From assembly GCA_964016885.1 (NCBI GenBank), contig OZ024741.1, positions 82,460,001 to 82,524,000 on the forward strand: 64,000 nucleotides of DNA, in the 5' to 3' direction. This document shows positions 1-24,959 of this stretch, piece after piece. The position numbers and the translations under genes are program-made. Positions within the stretch are counted from its first letter, which is position 1; every line of letters starts with the position of its first letter. The stretch comes from Eledone cirrhosa (taxonomy: Eukaryota). The notes beneath the pieces are model-generated. The model did not search any database. It was given only the letters and a program-made list of their open reading frames with translations, and was not told the DNA's origin.

Positions 1-2164
1 TAGAATTTCCTATTGTACAGTGGGTTTTCTTAAAAGGGTAGGTTTTGCTGATCAGGGATTTTATGGTGGTTCCTGGCTTTTCTACCACCTTTATTTTTAG
101 GTGGGTCTTTCTCAGGGCCTTTCTACATTGGTTAGCTAATTTCCCTCCAGGGGTGGCGTCCACAAACATGACACTCTGGTATCTCTGGTTGTCGTACCAC
201 GAAGTGGCTTTCCCTATCTTATGTCTAGCCCTATCTAAGCTATTCCATGATTTGCTCCTGTATAATTGGCAAATTCCTTTGATGTCCAGTTCTATGAGGG
301 TCTTATACTTCTCCATGGCTCCTTCGTATACTCTGATTCTGTCTCTTTGGTTGTAACCAGAGAACTGCATGCGGTTGATGAAGTGTTGGATGTGTCTTTC
401 CATTTCTGTTGGGTCGCACATGCGGGACACATTCTTCATCACTTGTACCAAATCTGCGATCAGAATATTAAACTTAGCACTACTGGACATTGCTGAGTTT
501 TTGAGTATCAGGTATTTGGAGGCCATGGGTTTAGCATAGTGTGAGTGGAGAATTTGGGCTCTCTCGTCTATAGTGTTAATCCAGAGTTCTGCGTCTAATA
601 CAGGTAGTCTATTGATAGGGTGTTTGGAAGGGAAGTCGATAGTTAAAGTTATACTCTGGTGTATGGAATTAGCTATCTGCTGGATGCTTTCCATCGTGCT
701 ACGTTCTAAATCAAACTTGTTAGTGCTCACTAGTGGGGGTGTTCTTATAACTATATTGATATCGTCTACATAACGAGAGTACATGATGAGGTCTATGGAG
801 CTTTCATTAAGGAGATTTTAAGTCTCCTTTCCCACCATACCATGAAAAGTTTGGCAGCATCACCAGCTATGCTGACGCCGATGGCTGCTCCCTCATTTTG
901 AGTGTAGATTTTCTCGTTGAACTTAAATATGTGGCCCTTTAGGGTAGTTTTGATACTAGACCCTATTGCATGTGCGATCATTTTTCTTACCTGATCATGG
1001 TTTTGGGGAGTCGGTATAGCTTTGGTCCACCCAATCCACCTTCCCATGGGAGTCTTTTTTGCCATTGAGGTTATGGCGAGGGGTCTACCTCTTATAGGTC
1101 TACTAGGGCAGAAACATCTAAGGTCATGGCTGTCTAGGTAGTCAGTGTCGTAGGTAAGTCTAAGTAGGAGGCCCAGTTCGTCTGTGTCGACGTCGCAAAA
1201 CTCCATCTCACTCTCAATCATCATCTCCACACATCTTTTCACAGCAAAATCAATGTTAATGGATGTGTACAGTGACACCACATCCATGCTGCCTATTATG
1301 TAGTTGGATAGGCTCCTGTTGTTGTTGCACTCACTGATTCTGCTGAGGAGGTCCTCTGTACTGTCACATACATCTGGGGACATCTTGATTATGGGGCGTA
1401 TAACGATTGAGAGGAAGTAGGAGATCCTGTAGTTTCTAGCTATATCAGCTCCGCATACGGGTCTTGTTGGTGGTCCTGTTGTCGTGTCGTCGACTGTCTT
1501 GTGGTCTTTGCGGAGCCCATACAAGGGTGGTATGCCATTATTAGACGCCTGGAAGTTGTTGGCAGTGCGTCTGCTTGTCTTTAGGATGTCAGTCCACATC
1601 ATCATGTGAGCGTTGAGGATTTTTCCTCTCCCATCGTGTGTTTGTTGTGCAATTTCGCTCGTGTTGGTGATGTGGGTTGCATAGCCTCGATGTAGTTCGA
1701 CATGCTATCTATTGACATCCTACCAGACTTATCTGTGGGTAGACACACAACCTCCCCATCCCTTGTGCGCTGCTTGAGGCTAACCAAGCCTTCTACAGGT
1801 TTCCTCCCAATTTGTTGGGCCGCTGGTCTGCTCTGTCTCTTAGTATACCTGTCTACTATTTGTCTAATCTTATCTCTAGCTATGGTGAACTGTGCCTCTG
1901 TCTCGTCATCTATTTGTTGTGGTATGCAAACTCTTTTATTTAAGGGTAACCTCGTAGGATAGATATTACCCATCTTATATGTTTTGTCAGCTGGGTTGAA
2001 TAATAGTTTCTCTAAGGGGTTGTCATTATATCTATCGTCATAGTTGTGTGTGTTGCTATTATTGTTATCGGGGTGGTTGTTGTTGTTTCTATCATTAGCA
2101 TTATTATTATTGTTATGACTACTAGATTTATTGTTGTTTACTTCAGGTGTTATTGTTGTTGTTG

Positions 2165-2165
<1 letters not shown>
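1..2165 (-). mobile_element. Penelope-like retroelement reverse transcriptase, frameshifted, 5'-truncated at (TA)n, running off the left edge
   Basis: Minus-strand motifs: VVCLPTDKSG (ORF 1602-2243), PPLYGLRKDHK...PTRPV, SMDVVSLYTSI and YTQNEGAAIG (ORF 793-1605), then after a frameshift YSRYVDD (~761-782), LPVLD, HYAKPMAS and VMFVDATPGGKLA. Frameshifts lie near 1670 and 795. Confidence 0.9.
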
Positions 2166-5408
<3,243 letters not shown>

Positions 5409-7856
5409 TTTACTCTTTTACTCTTTTACCTGTTTCAGCCATCCGGCTGAGGCCATGCTGGGGCACCGCCCTTGTTGCTACACATTTTATCTCCAGCCTG
5501 TATAGGTTGGCCACTGGTGTAGGAGGGAGTTTGTTGCTGCTGCCCTTAGGTTTCCCTCGTGTCTTGCTGTGGGCTCATCCGGGATCCTGGATAACAAGGT
5601 GTCGAGATGTTTCTTAAAGACATCCACCTCCACGTCATGCAAGTCTCGCAGATGTCTCGGCAGCCTGTTGAAGAGTTGAGGGCCCTTGAATCCCAGGCTA
5701 TTGCAATACCTGCTCCTTATTCTAGATGTGGAAGACGGGACCTTTGGCACCACACAGTGACGTCCTGTTCGACGGTTGGTCCAGCTCCCAATGCCAAAGT
5801 TTGGTGCTAGTCCCTCCAGGATTTTCCACATGTAGATCACTGCGTATCTCTCCCGTCTTCGCTCCAAGGAGTAGAGGTTCAGTTCCTTCAGCCTCTCCCA
5901 GTAGCTTGTCTCCCTCATCTTGGCAATCCTCTTGGTGTAGCTTCGCTGGATTGCCTCAAGCTCTGTGGTTAGTTTGACACTATGGGGTGACCACAGCTGG
6001 GAGCAGTAGTCCAGGCGGCTTAGGACAAAAGTCCTCCACAGTGTCAACATGGTGTCTCGATCTCTTGTAAGGAAAGTCCTCAAGATCCAGCCAGCGAATC
6101 GTCTACATGCTGTCGCCACCTTCATGATGTGTGAAGAAAAAGATGCATCATCGCTCATGTCTATGCCCAGGTCTCGTATCGATTTTGACACGGGGATATC
6201 GGTCCCTCCTGGTCCTGTGTAGCTGTGTTCCGCTATATTTGTGTTTGTGTTTGCAGGTTTGTATTGTAGGGCTTGGAATTTGCCAGCATTAAACTGCATG
6301 TTGTTTTCTTCCGCCCATCTGTATATGGCATCCAGATCCTGCTGTAAGAGGGCAGCGTCAGCCGGGTTTTTGATTGCCTTAGTGTCATCAGCATAGCTAG
6401 TGAGGGATGTTGTTGCATGCACCACAGAGGGCATGTCCGAGAGAGCCACCAAAAACAGTAGTGGTCCCAGGACTGTCCCCTGAGGCACCCCACTTGTTAT
6501 CGGTGTTTCCCTCGAGAGGGCCCCATTTGCTGCGACTGCCTGGCTTCTGTCCCTCAGGAAGCCATGCAGCCACTCACCTACTTTTCCAGTTATGCCGAGT
6601 CCGTGTAGTTTGTGACATATCATTCCGTGGTCGACCTTGTCAAAGGCCTTCGCAAAGTCAAGATATATCACGTCTACATGTGAGCTGTCTAGTAGCTGTC
6701 TCAGTACCCAGTCGTAGTGATGTAGCAGCTGTGTAAGGCAGCTTCTTCCTGGGCGGAAGCCATGTTGCGTGCTAGTCAGGCGGTCATTTTCTTCGAGGAA
6801 AGTGATTAGTTTCTTTCTGACGACTCGCTCCATGACCTTACTGATATGCGACGTCAGGGAGACTGGCCTATAGTTCTTGGCCTCCGCTCTACTACCTCCT
6901 TTATGGATAGGGCATATTGTGCCTTCTTTCAGCTCCCTGGGTAGTACACCGCTAGCCAAGGAGCTTCTGAAGAGCATCTTCAGTGGAGTTGCTAAGGCCC
7001 GCTTACATATTTTTAGGAGAACTGCTGGGAATCCATCAGGTCCAGCAGCCGAGTCTGTTCTAATTTCATCAATGGCGTACACCACATCCTCCTCCGTTAT
7101 GTCTATGTGGTTGATGGTTGCCATTTCTTGATGTAGTGTTGTGGCATCAAAGAACTCCTCTGGCTTCGTTATTTGCATGTGCCTCAGTGGACATGTGAAG
7201 ACACTTTTGTACTGTTCGTTCAGTATTTCACATATCTCTTGGGGATTTTCGGTTAATGAACCGTCCGTGTGGAAGAGTGGTCCAATCTTGCAGTGTACTG
7301 AGGCAGTTTCTTTTGCAAATTTAAAGAAGGCCTTAGGGTTTGTTTTAATGTTTTCTATGGCCCTGTTCTCTTTCCTTGCCCTCTCATTCTCATGTGAAAG
7401 CTTGAGTGCAATCTCGGTGTCAAGTAGTGCACGTTTCAAATAGGATTCCTTCTTGTTTTGGTTTTGTTGACTATTCAACTGGTTTGAGAGTTTAGTTCTA
7501 CGTCTCATAAGGATTTTCCTATCTCTGGGAATAAGATTTTTGTGTCTGTTTGCCTCTTTCTCCGGGACACACTTTTTGCATATGGTGTGTATCGTTGTCA
7601 TGAAGTGTTGAAATTGTGTGTTAGTGTCTTGTGTGGCGATGTTTGCACTCCATGTTTGCTTCCGGATTTCACTCTTAATCTTCTTCCAGTCAGCCCCGTA
7701 GAAGTTAAGGCTGGATAGCGTCCCGGAGCTTCTTGGTGGTTTTGTCTCTGTTGGTTCTCTTGGACCACATATCATTAGCTCTACCAAGTTATGATCCGAG
7801 AGAATTGTTGGTGTCACCTTTACATTGTGGATGAGCACTTCGTTGTTTGTAAAACA
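5409..7856 (-). mobile_element. CR1-group LINE, 5'-truncated, inserted in the (TA)n array
   Basis: ORF2 C-terminal part followed by a short 3' UTR with a stem-loop (ggtgccccagcatggcctcagcc-ggat-ggctgaaac) and a gtaaaaga-type tandem tail. Confidence 0.92.
5487..7856 (-). CDS. LINE ORF2 remnant: end of the APE endonuclease plus reverse transcriptase (~789 aa open, no start codon)
   Basis: Motifs LSDHNLV (APE end), [53 protein letters not shown] and SLERRRER. No stops or frameshifts. The upstream Y/I portion of the 2496-aa ORF is microsatellite. Confidence 0.93.
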   Translation of the reverse strand, partial: CFTNNEVLIHNVKVTPTILSDHNLVELMICGPREPTETKPPRSSGTLSSLNFYGADWKKIKSEIRKQTWSANIATQDTNTQFQHFMTTIHTICKKCVPEKEANRHKNLIPRDRKILMRRRTKLSNQLNSQQNQNKKESYLKRALLDTEIALKLSHENERARKENRAIENIKTNPKAFFKFAKETASVHCKIGPLFHTDGSLTENPQEICEILNEQYKSVFTCPLRHMQITKPEEFFDATTLHQEMATINHIDITEEDVVYAIDEIRTDSAAGPDGFPAVLLKICKRALATPLKMLFRSSLASGVLPRELKEGTICPIHKGGSRAEAKNYRPVSLTSHISKVMERVVRKKLITFLEENDRLTSTQHGFRPGRSCLTQLLHHYDWVLRQLLDSSHVDVIYLDFAKAFDKVDHGMICHKLHGLGITGKVGEWLHGFLRDRSQAVAANGALSRETPITSGVPQGTVLGPLLFLVALSDMPSVVHATTSLTSYADDTKAIKNPADAALLQQDLDAIYRWAEENNMQFNAGKFQALQYKPANTNTNIAEHSYTGPGGTDIPVSKSIRDLGIDMSDDASFSSHIMKVATACRRFAGWILRTFLTRDRDTMLTLWRTFVLSRLDYCSQLWSPHSVKLTTELEAIQRSYTKRIAKMRETSYWERLKELNLYSLERRRERYAVIYMWKILEGLAPNFGIGSWTNRRTGRHCVVPKVPSSTSRIRSRYCNSLGFKGPQLFNRLPRHLRDLHDVEVDVFKKHLDTLLSRIPDEPTARHEGNLRAAATNSLLHQWPTYTGWR

Positions 7857-16821
<8,965 letters not shown>

Positions 16822-16824
<3 letters not shown>

Positions 16825-17230
16825 CGTTTCTGAATTTGTTTAGCAAGATTCTTTATCTGAAAACGTGTGTTGAAACCGATATTGTTATACTTTGGGAGGG
16901 TCATGTTGCCAACAAGAAACACACGGACCAGCTGCTTTCACTTCAATTTATTATAATAAATTCATAAATTCAGGAATTTATGAATTTCCTGTTGGTTGGT
17001 TGGTTCCACAACCAGATGGTTGTTTATATATTTTCAAAGTTCTTTCGTCACACATACTGTGACCTCTTGAGTGGCTGGGGATTCTTTTCTTTGTTTTTGT
17101 GCCTCTCCTTTGTTCTGTCCTACGCCATCTTGTTTGTGTGTTGTGTGCTCGGTTTGCCCATGCGCGACTACGGATGTCTGTGTGTGTTTATATTCGTTTA
17201 TTTATTTATTTGTTTATTTACATGTTACAG
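16822..17230 (-). mobile_element. PLE pseudo-LTR-like non-autonomous element, family B, with a hammerhead-like core
   Basis: Shares aagatggcgtag, gaaagaactttga, catgaccctcccaaagtataac and gtttc(a/g)acacacg with the copies at 44823-45165 and 45908-46450. The core is at 17034-17075 and the 3' end abuts (TA)n. Confidence 0.7.
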
Positions 17231-17929
17231 GTTGGTTGTTTGTTCCCCTACACTACGAGCTGTCTCACCTATGTACACTATACTGTTGTCTCTACATTGT
17301 CCTTCAGTACATCTTATGCTATATACTACATTTCTAGTTTTACAGTTAATATGGGGGCTTAATTTACAGGTTATACATTTCTTATCTATACAGGGGTGTC
17401 TTTGAAATTTATATATTTATTACAATAAGTTGAAGTGAAACTTATATATATATGTATATATATATATTTATATATATATGTATATATATATATATATTAT
17501 TTTTTTTTCTTATTTTACGTCTTTCATATAATTGTTCTGCATCCCCTTGCATTGAACCACAAAGTTACTGAGACAAAACCTATATATTTGCTAGCATATG
17601 TATACATCTGTATATGTATATGTTGGTAGATATACTAATTCTTTATAATTATCTCCAAATTATTTTGTCGAGCAGAAATTTGCCAAATCTACTGCTATTC
17701 TTCATAGTAATAGCCAGGCTACTGTCTTATTAGCACCCCCACTCCTCACTGATTGACCTCGATGTCACGTGATTGATTCTTTTGAATTCGCCACCGACTA
17801 AGTAGGCAGTGATTTTTTCAATGTCCTGGAATCTAGTCCTCGCTTGCTTTTTTCCATCCACTGAATTATTTTTGTATAAGTTCCCTGTGTCCACGCTTCG
17901 CCTGGGAACTTAGCTGAGAACAGATCTCC

Positions 17930-18190
17930 CTGGATTGTCATCAATGTTTTGCTTAACTTCCTGAATAAATTAAGTGTCCTGATAGAATCAGAGCGTTTGA
18001 AATCCTTTTTACGTTTTGATACAGGTAATATGCCTCCATCTTCTTTCTCTAACTCACACCTAATCTTGTGGACAAAAGATCTTGCAACTTTCAGAAAACG
18101 ATAAATTTCTAAATCACCACGCTTAGCCTTCAAAGTCACAATCACAGAATGCCTTTTCATTTCATTAGTAATCATAGTTATTTTCATTGT
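17930..18190 (-). pseudogene. Tc1/mariner-type transposase N-terminal fragment
   Basis: HTH-like segment EMKRHSVIVTLKAKRGDLEIYRFLKVARSFVHKIRCELE...VSKRKKDFKRSDSIRT. No catalytic domain follows. Confidence 0.6.
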
Positions 18191-18299
18191 TATTTTCTGA
18201 AATACAAGTTCAATAAAAATTAGTCAAATAAAATACTACTTCGTGTCAACATTTCTTTCTAAGGGTGTTCCTGTGTAGCCAGTTGAATTCCCTCTGTAG

Positions 18300-19140
18300 C
18301 TTTATTAAGGTCCACTTGATAAGATCTCTTCCATTTTCAGATCTCCTTAAGTTAAATCTATCAGCATCACACTTCTCATATAAGTAGTCATTAATTTCCT
18401 TGTCTTTCCATCCAGTTCTTTTTGCTCGTATACATTCACTTTAAGAATTCCCGCATTGTACTTAATAATACACACATGTCGGAATTCATTGCACTTATGG
18501 CATTCCTAATATTCCGATGTGATTTTAGTATCTTCCTGACTCTCTTTATGTAACTTATCTATTTTATTTTCCACGTTATTTTTTGCCTAAAAAAATACCA
18601 AAATACCTATATCATTTTTCGGTGTCGATCTCTTTTATCACATCTCCCATTAGCATATTGATTCATTTGCTTCTCTTCAATTTACATCTCATTATCACTA
18701 GGAATCCACACTTATTCACACCAAATTCCATATATATATGTATATATATATATATATATCATTGCGGGAAAAATGAACAATATTAACAATTACATCCAAA
18801 ACCTTCTCGTTTTTCCCGAAGATATTTAGGTCATCGATGAAGAGGAGGTGATTGCTGGTAAGCTCTCTTCATCCCAGTTCGTATGCTGCATTCACTCTTC
18901 ACAATACGAGAGACAAGAGTATGAGCATAAGGACAAACATGATGGCAGATGCCTCTTTTGATTTTCACTTCCCCAAATAATCTCACCCTTAGGTTAACTC
19001 TGTCTCCCATCTCTTCACGGTATCACTCAATGGGAGTCTGATGTTCTCCGCCACATTGAAAATTTCTTGGCACTTAGTTATGCAAGAATGGAAATCTATG
19101 TCGAATGCATTTTTGTAATCTATCCATCCCATATTATCAT
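18300..19140 (-). pseudogene. Decayed R4/Dong-clade non-LTR retrotransposon RT fragments
   Basis: Motifs MGWIDYKNAFD, GEVKIKRGI, NHLLFIDDL, IIKYNAGI, ELDGKTRKLMT and DADRFNLRRSENGR, with many stops. Confidence 0.75.
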
Positions 19141-19779
19141 CTTGTCAATAAGTAACAGGTTTTTTTAACATGGGACTTATTTCGAGGTACCTTTTATCAA
19201 CCATTGCAGTACTTCACACGACATCATGCAGTCGGGTGGCTAGACGTTATATTCTTAATGAAATATCCTTGCATACCACCAGGGTCTGGTGACTTCCACT
19301 TGGTTAATTTATTGACCTGTTTCAACCGAAATACTCAAGTCAGTTCGTTGGTGGGCTTGCTCATTATTCACCTTTTTAACAGTGTCAATCCACTCTGAGG
19401 TTACAAATGCCTCAAGTACTTGACAGATGCCGACTAGATTTCCCGAATGCAACAGTGTGGACCTGGACAAACATATAGATGGTATATAGATAGGTTTTAC
19501 GTTATGTCAGTAGATATAGGTTGTCCACATTTCCGAACGGTGACCTATTTAGATGACAAATTTGTGATATGAATGGTAGACCTAGATAGAATTCATAGTT
19601 ACTGGTTACTGAAGTTTCTACACGTCATTCCCGTTGCGTTAGCTTACAGAGACCGGGACACAAAACTAGTTAGGTCTAAGTTGACAGGAGGTGACATCAA
19701 CAAATGTTGGTGAGGTGCGCCCAAGAGTGGGATTAGAGGATTTTTAATATAGAAAGGAGGGGAATTTGTTAGGTAAATT

Positions 19780-21890
19780 GGATGACTGATTAGAAGCGAC
19801 ACTTACAATACGTGCTATCGGTAAGAATGGCATTAGAACATGTTTGTAATGATGCAAAACACGAACGTTTAATTATCAGACCTACGAGAGAACAAAAGCT
19901 GATCGAAGTGCCCGAGTTGTCGAGGCGCAACGTTAGATAAAACAGGATACGGTATTTGACTAACCGATACAAACGCGCGATGAACGACTCCAGCCAGATG
20001 AATGCAGTTTCAGGCTCATACCTCTGCAAAACACAGAGTTAAAGATTTATGGACAAGGTGTTAGCAAAGAGGTTGATACTTGTCGTCCAGGGTCTGGTAG
20101 CTGAGGCACAAACTTGTAATACGTCATAGAGACGGTAGGAAGTAAAACTAGCTTCCGTAGAGCTCTGATAAATGTTGATGAAGCTTTCGATAGAGTCGAC
20201 CATCGATGCTTGGAGGCTGTTCTATAGGTAGCTGACTTCGGTCCCATCTTCAGTGACTGGATAACTGCAATACACAGCCGCATCAGCCCGATGGTCAAAG
20301 TAAATGGCCACCTTCCGGAATAGTTTCAAATCACGTGATCAATGTGTATCAAAAATGTCCTCCCTACCCCTTCTGTAGTATTGACTCTTGAACTATTACT
20401 GCATAAGCTGGAGCTGTTGCCAGTCATCCTGCTCGAACCGGGATGTGGAAAGGCTGCGTCAGTATATGAGGATGACACCACCGCGATAGTGTCAAACACT
20501 ACGGGAATCGTGGTGATCATCACCTACTTTGAGGAATCTGAAAGGTTGACGGCACCAAAACTGAGCCCGGTAATGTCTATAGATTTATAGCTCGGTGAAG
20601 TTGCTCGGCGATTCGTTCGGACAAGAACTCCAGGTGGCTAAGAACTGATAAATGTTGATGAAGCAAACTAGAACACCTGCTCTTGAACTGAACTTCTTGT
20701 GAAAGGGACAGTTTCCATTGGTAAATCGGAGCATTTGCTGCCAACACTATGCGGAAGGCTGAGCATACTGTGGCTGATGATGCTCAAACATGCACGGAGG
20801 CTACAGCATCTTCTGATATACTTAAAAGTTAAACAGGATGGTCACTGTTTGTAACTTAGGTATTTCCGCATCTCATCTCTTTGATTGGTCTCTTCTGTAC
20901 CTACATACCCAGGTAAAGTAGAGACCGAGACTGGGCGCCTGGCATTTGGAATGTTGCCAGGTTCTCACGGCCCTATACTAGGCTACCAATGCGATCATTG
21001 GGAATTCGAATCTATAGAGTTCTATAGAGGATTTGTGGTTGGCATGTGCGACAGGTTCTGGTAGACGACGAAATCGCGCTCACCAGTTTGTTTCGAAAGC
21101 GTTTGAGCCGAAGACTATGGATAATGTCCAGAAGCCACTCCATTTTCATTGCAATCGGGATGCACTGTCGTTTCAAGATAAACTCTTCAGGCACGGAAGT
21201 GCGGTCAGGCGGATCTATTCTTCATGCGTGCAGAGCGAGGAAACAGTTCTGCACGCACACAACCAGTGACCATGCATTACTGACTTGTGGATTTATATCG
21301 AACAACAGTTATTGCATGTGGGACGGATTCGGCTATGGAACAAGTCCATCGTGAAGATACCCCTACCGTAATCTTTTGGTTAAGGGAGATAGACATTTTC
21401 CCTCTGCCTGGTGGCTATAGCGAAGGAGGTTATGTCTGAAAGGACTAAAGACTGACACTTTTCTCTTCGGCCAATCCCTCATCAACTTTGTCAAGTTTCA
21501 TTTGGAAAGGAAGGTGAGGGTTGAGAGGGAAGTGCTTCCTCCTCCCCCAGTATATTTGCTAACATGTGGGTAAATGTTGAAAGGATGGCCCATGTGAATA
21601 TGCCTACTCTGACCATGCACCTATAGACTGGCTGATTAGGAGAGGAGAGGGGAACCCGTCTCAGGTGCTCTGGGAGTATCGTGTGGTTCCGGATTAGTGG
21701 GGTTCCTGAGTCATCCTCAGTGTTTCTCCCCTATTGACAAATATGTATTGTTATAATGATTTGGTTTATTGTTATTGTTTTTTTAATTATATACTCGATA
21801 TTTCTGTCAAGCCCCTACTGTCCCTGTATTTTGTACTGTATATGTTGGCCCATGTGGCCAATAAAGAATATTTTCTTTTCTTATTTTTCT
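19780..21890 (+). pseudogene. Heavily decayed Tx1/L1-clade LINE
   Basis: Remnant AFDRVDHRCL near 20183-20212. Nucleotide similarity to the reverse complement of 35950-38230. The 3' end ccatgtggccaataaaga matches that copy's end. Confidence 0.75.
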
Positions 21891-23399
21891 TCTTCAATGT
21901 TTATTTTTACAACGAAAAGCATTACTGACGGCAACCGCCGACAGAATGAATTTGATCAGTTATCTTACATAAAAGTCGGTCAGATACCGCAAATCATTCT
22001 GTCTGACACATTGACAATTTAACCAAGAAAGTGAAAGATGTAATTTTACATTGAGTAAAATACAAATTGTAATTCACAATAAAGTTCATATATGTTTGCT
22101 CCAATCACAAAGCGCTAGATACTACTTGATAACTTTGCTACATTTATTGATAAAAGAAAGGAATATAAATAATTTTTCTATATTGTCTGTTTTTCTTTTT
22201 AACTTTATGCTATGTTAATATGTATAAAAGCTTGTTTGGAATATATTTTCGAATTTAGGTGCAAACATGCTAATATATATTTACATGTTCCACAGCGAGT
22301 TGTATGTGAAAAACTTTCGGGAACCACAGGATTAAAGCATTAATTTGTAAAAATTATTAACCTGTCTAACGTGTGAAGGTATATGGCTGTATGCGTGGTT
22401 TGATAAGTATGTTATTTGTTTCTGATATATGTATAATGTATGTGTGATATGTGTGGATATTCATATGTTTGTATACCTGTAATTGTATATGTGATGCATG
22501 CTTTTGTGTGTAGTGTGATTGCGCTTATGGTGTGAGCGTGACGGGTTTGTTTTTTTTTATTTCTGTGTGTGGTGTGTGGTTATGTGCGTGTGGTTATGTG
22601 CGTGTCATGTATGATGTCTGTGTAAGTAATATCCGTGTGCTTGTGTATGCGATGTGTGAGTGTGTGATGTTTCTTTGTGGGGTGTGTTTGCATAGGATGT
22701 GTGATGTGTATTTGACGTGTGTGCATGATGTGGATATGTGCGTGTGATTTCTATGTGTATATGATGTGTATTTCTGTGTCTATATGTGCGTGAGTGTGTG
22801 TGGTGCGTATTTGTGACTATGTTATGCGTGTGTGTTACGTTTATACGCGTGAATGTGGGTGTGTGTGTATGAATGTCGAAGTATCTGCAAAAAGGTTTCA
22901 AACAATACCCAAATAAAGCAAATCACGTTTTACTGAACTGTAAAAGCCAAAAATCTATAATCAGAGAAAGAAATGATAAAATATGACATCTTACACAGTG
23001 GTAGGGTATCATGTGATTTGTGGTGTTGTTCAAGGATTCACATAGCAGGTCATACAGCATTTCTTTTGCAACTTCTTTAACGTGAATTTGGTTTTATCTC
23101 AACACTTAAGAAGTGTTCGATTCAGGCGCTTGTTTAAAAGGTCAGCAGGAGAGCTATACATTATAAGGCAGTTCACAGTGATATAAAGGTCATCTTTCCC
23201 CAGTCTCTCCATGAATCAACTACCGTTAACAATTTTACATTGAAGAATGTTCCTCAATGGAATTATCCAAAACCTTTCATATTCAATTCATTCTTTTTGT
23301 AATTTTCACTTTTCGTTGTATTATATCAAATATATGATTTGGTATCATCTATAATATTCTTTTTATTTTCTGATTGGCCATGGAGGGAAATGTAGTTAT

Positions 23400-23780
23400 C
23401 ATGAAGTTTTCAGGACTTTCTAGTTTGGTGGAATGAGCGCAACGGTCTCCAACTGGTTTTGCTGCATCACCATGCGAGACCAGCCAAGCTCATGGATGTT
23501 ATACAGTCATTTTGCTTGGGGTCTAACTCTTGGTCTCCTGCCGATTGGCTTTGCGCGGAAAATCTCTCCAGCCATACATTCCTGCAATATTCTAATCACA
23601 TGCAGCTAGTATCGGAGCTGTGTATCTCAATTCGGCTCTACCTGGAATGACTCTCTAATCTCCTTTCTAAGCACTCAATCGAGTAACTTTACTCCAAAAC
23701 TCTTCTTGAAGATAGCGAATTTGTTTTTTACACCTACCTCTCTTCTGAGTACTGAATCTTGCGCATTACTGTCTCAGCTT
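23400..23780 (-). pseudogene. Decayed RTE-clade 3' fragment
   Basis: Remnants IRESFQVEP, HVIRI and PIGRRPRVRP, typical of RTE C-termini. Confidence 0.55.
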
Positions 23781-24106
23781 CAGCAATTCTTTTGGAGGAA
23801 TAATCTAATCTATTTTATTCCATGCGTTTTGGGGTGGTAGGGTATGTTTTGTGGCAGATTGCTGCTATTTGTAGCATGTTATGTGATGGCATTGATATTG
23901 CATTATTAGTTATAGCTGTTGTATTTTGATTACATCAGCTAATGATAATTGTAGTAAATCACGACAGAAGCTTTCAATGAATGAGTCAGCAACTTTGGGA
24001 CCGTTTAGCAGTTTTATATATTTCTCTTCAGTTGGTTATTGCTAGTAGCAGTCAAAAAATTATGAATATCATTGCAGCCATTTTGTTAAATTGAATCGTT
24101 GGGTAT

Positions 24107-24403
24107 TCTTGTGACTGTTCTTTGTTCTGATTCAACATTTTATACATTATTGTACTTTCCCTCTACACCTGTTTGTGTGCATGACTAATCATTTTTCATA
24201 CATTCCCTTGTCTTAACGTTAAGTATTACCTGACTCACCTTTTGTCTGTGTTTGTACTCAACCAATCATCACGTGCATGAGTCATACCCATTTTAACAGC
24301 TGTATAAATTGGCGTGTTTTGTTGCAATAAAGGTCTTCTTCCTCGTGAAGTTGCTAAACATTTGTTATATCGATGAGTGGATTTTAAACTGTTCCAAAAC
24401 ACA
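24107..24403 (+). repeat. 5' LTR
   Basis: Direct repeat of 27618-27916, ending in CA, with tataaa and aataaa motifs inside. Confidence 0.9.
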
Positions 24404-24439
24404 TTTTGGCGTCGCGATTTCCCAAACGAAATTAACCTG

Positions 24440-24950
24440 CCGCTTCCATTAACTTTCTTCTGGAACAACGACTCGACACGTCCATCAGCGGAAGATTGGC
24501 AACGCTGGAAGAAGGACCTCGAAACACATTTCTTATTATCACGCACTTACAACCCACACATTCAATGGGATGATTAAGCTAAACTAAATTTACTTCGCAC
24601 CTATCTCGGAAACAACAGTACAACTCACACGACTTCAAAATTATGATGCAGCCATCAAACAGTTGGACCAACTCTGGGGACCGAGAGAGAATATATTCTA
24701 CGCCCGGCAGAGATTCACTCTCACGTATCAAGAAGAGGGTGAGTCTGTTGATGTTTTTATTGCGCGGTTGAATAATAACGTAAAGAGTTGCGAATATGAG
24801 CTGCTTACTAGGTCGACAGTCAAAGACGCTATGCTTATTCAGCAATTGATAGCAGGCTTGGGTGATGATCACGTTCAGGAGACCCTTCTTTCAGAAGATT
24901 CTAAAAAAACTGACCTGGGGGGAAAAAGCATGCAACATCGTTCGCTGTAA
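24440..24950 (+). pseudogene. Gypsy gag remnant
   Basis: DWQRWKKDLETH and NIFYARQRF..YQEEGESVDVFIARL...CEY...QQLIAGL, broken by stops and frameshifts. Confidence 0.75.
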
Positions 24951-24959
24951 AGAAAATGT

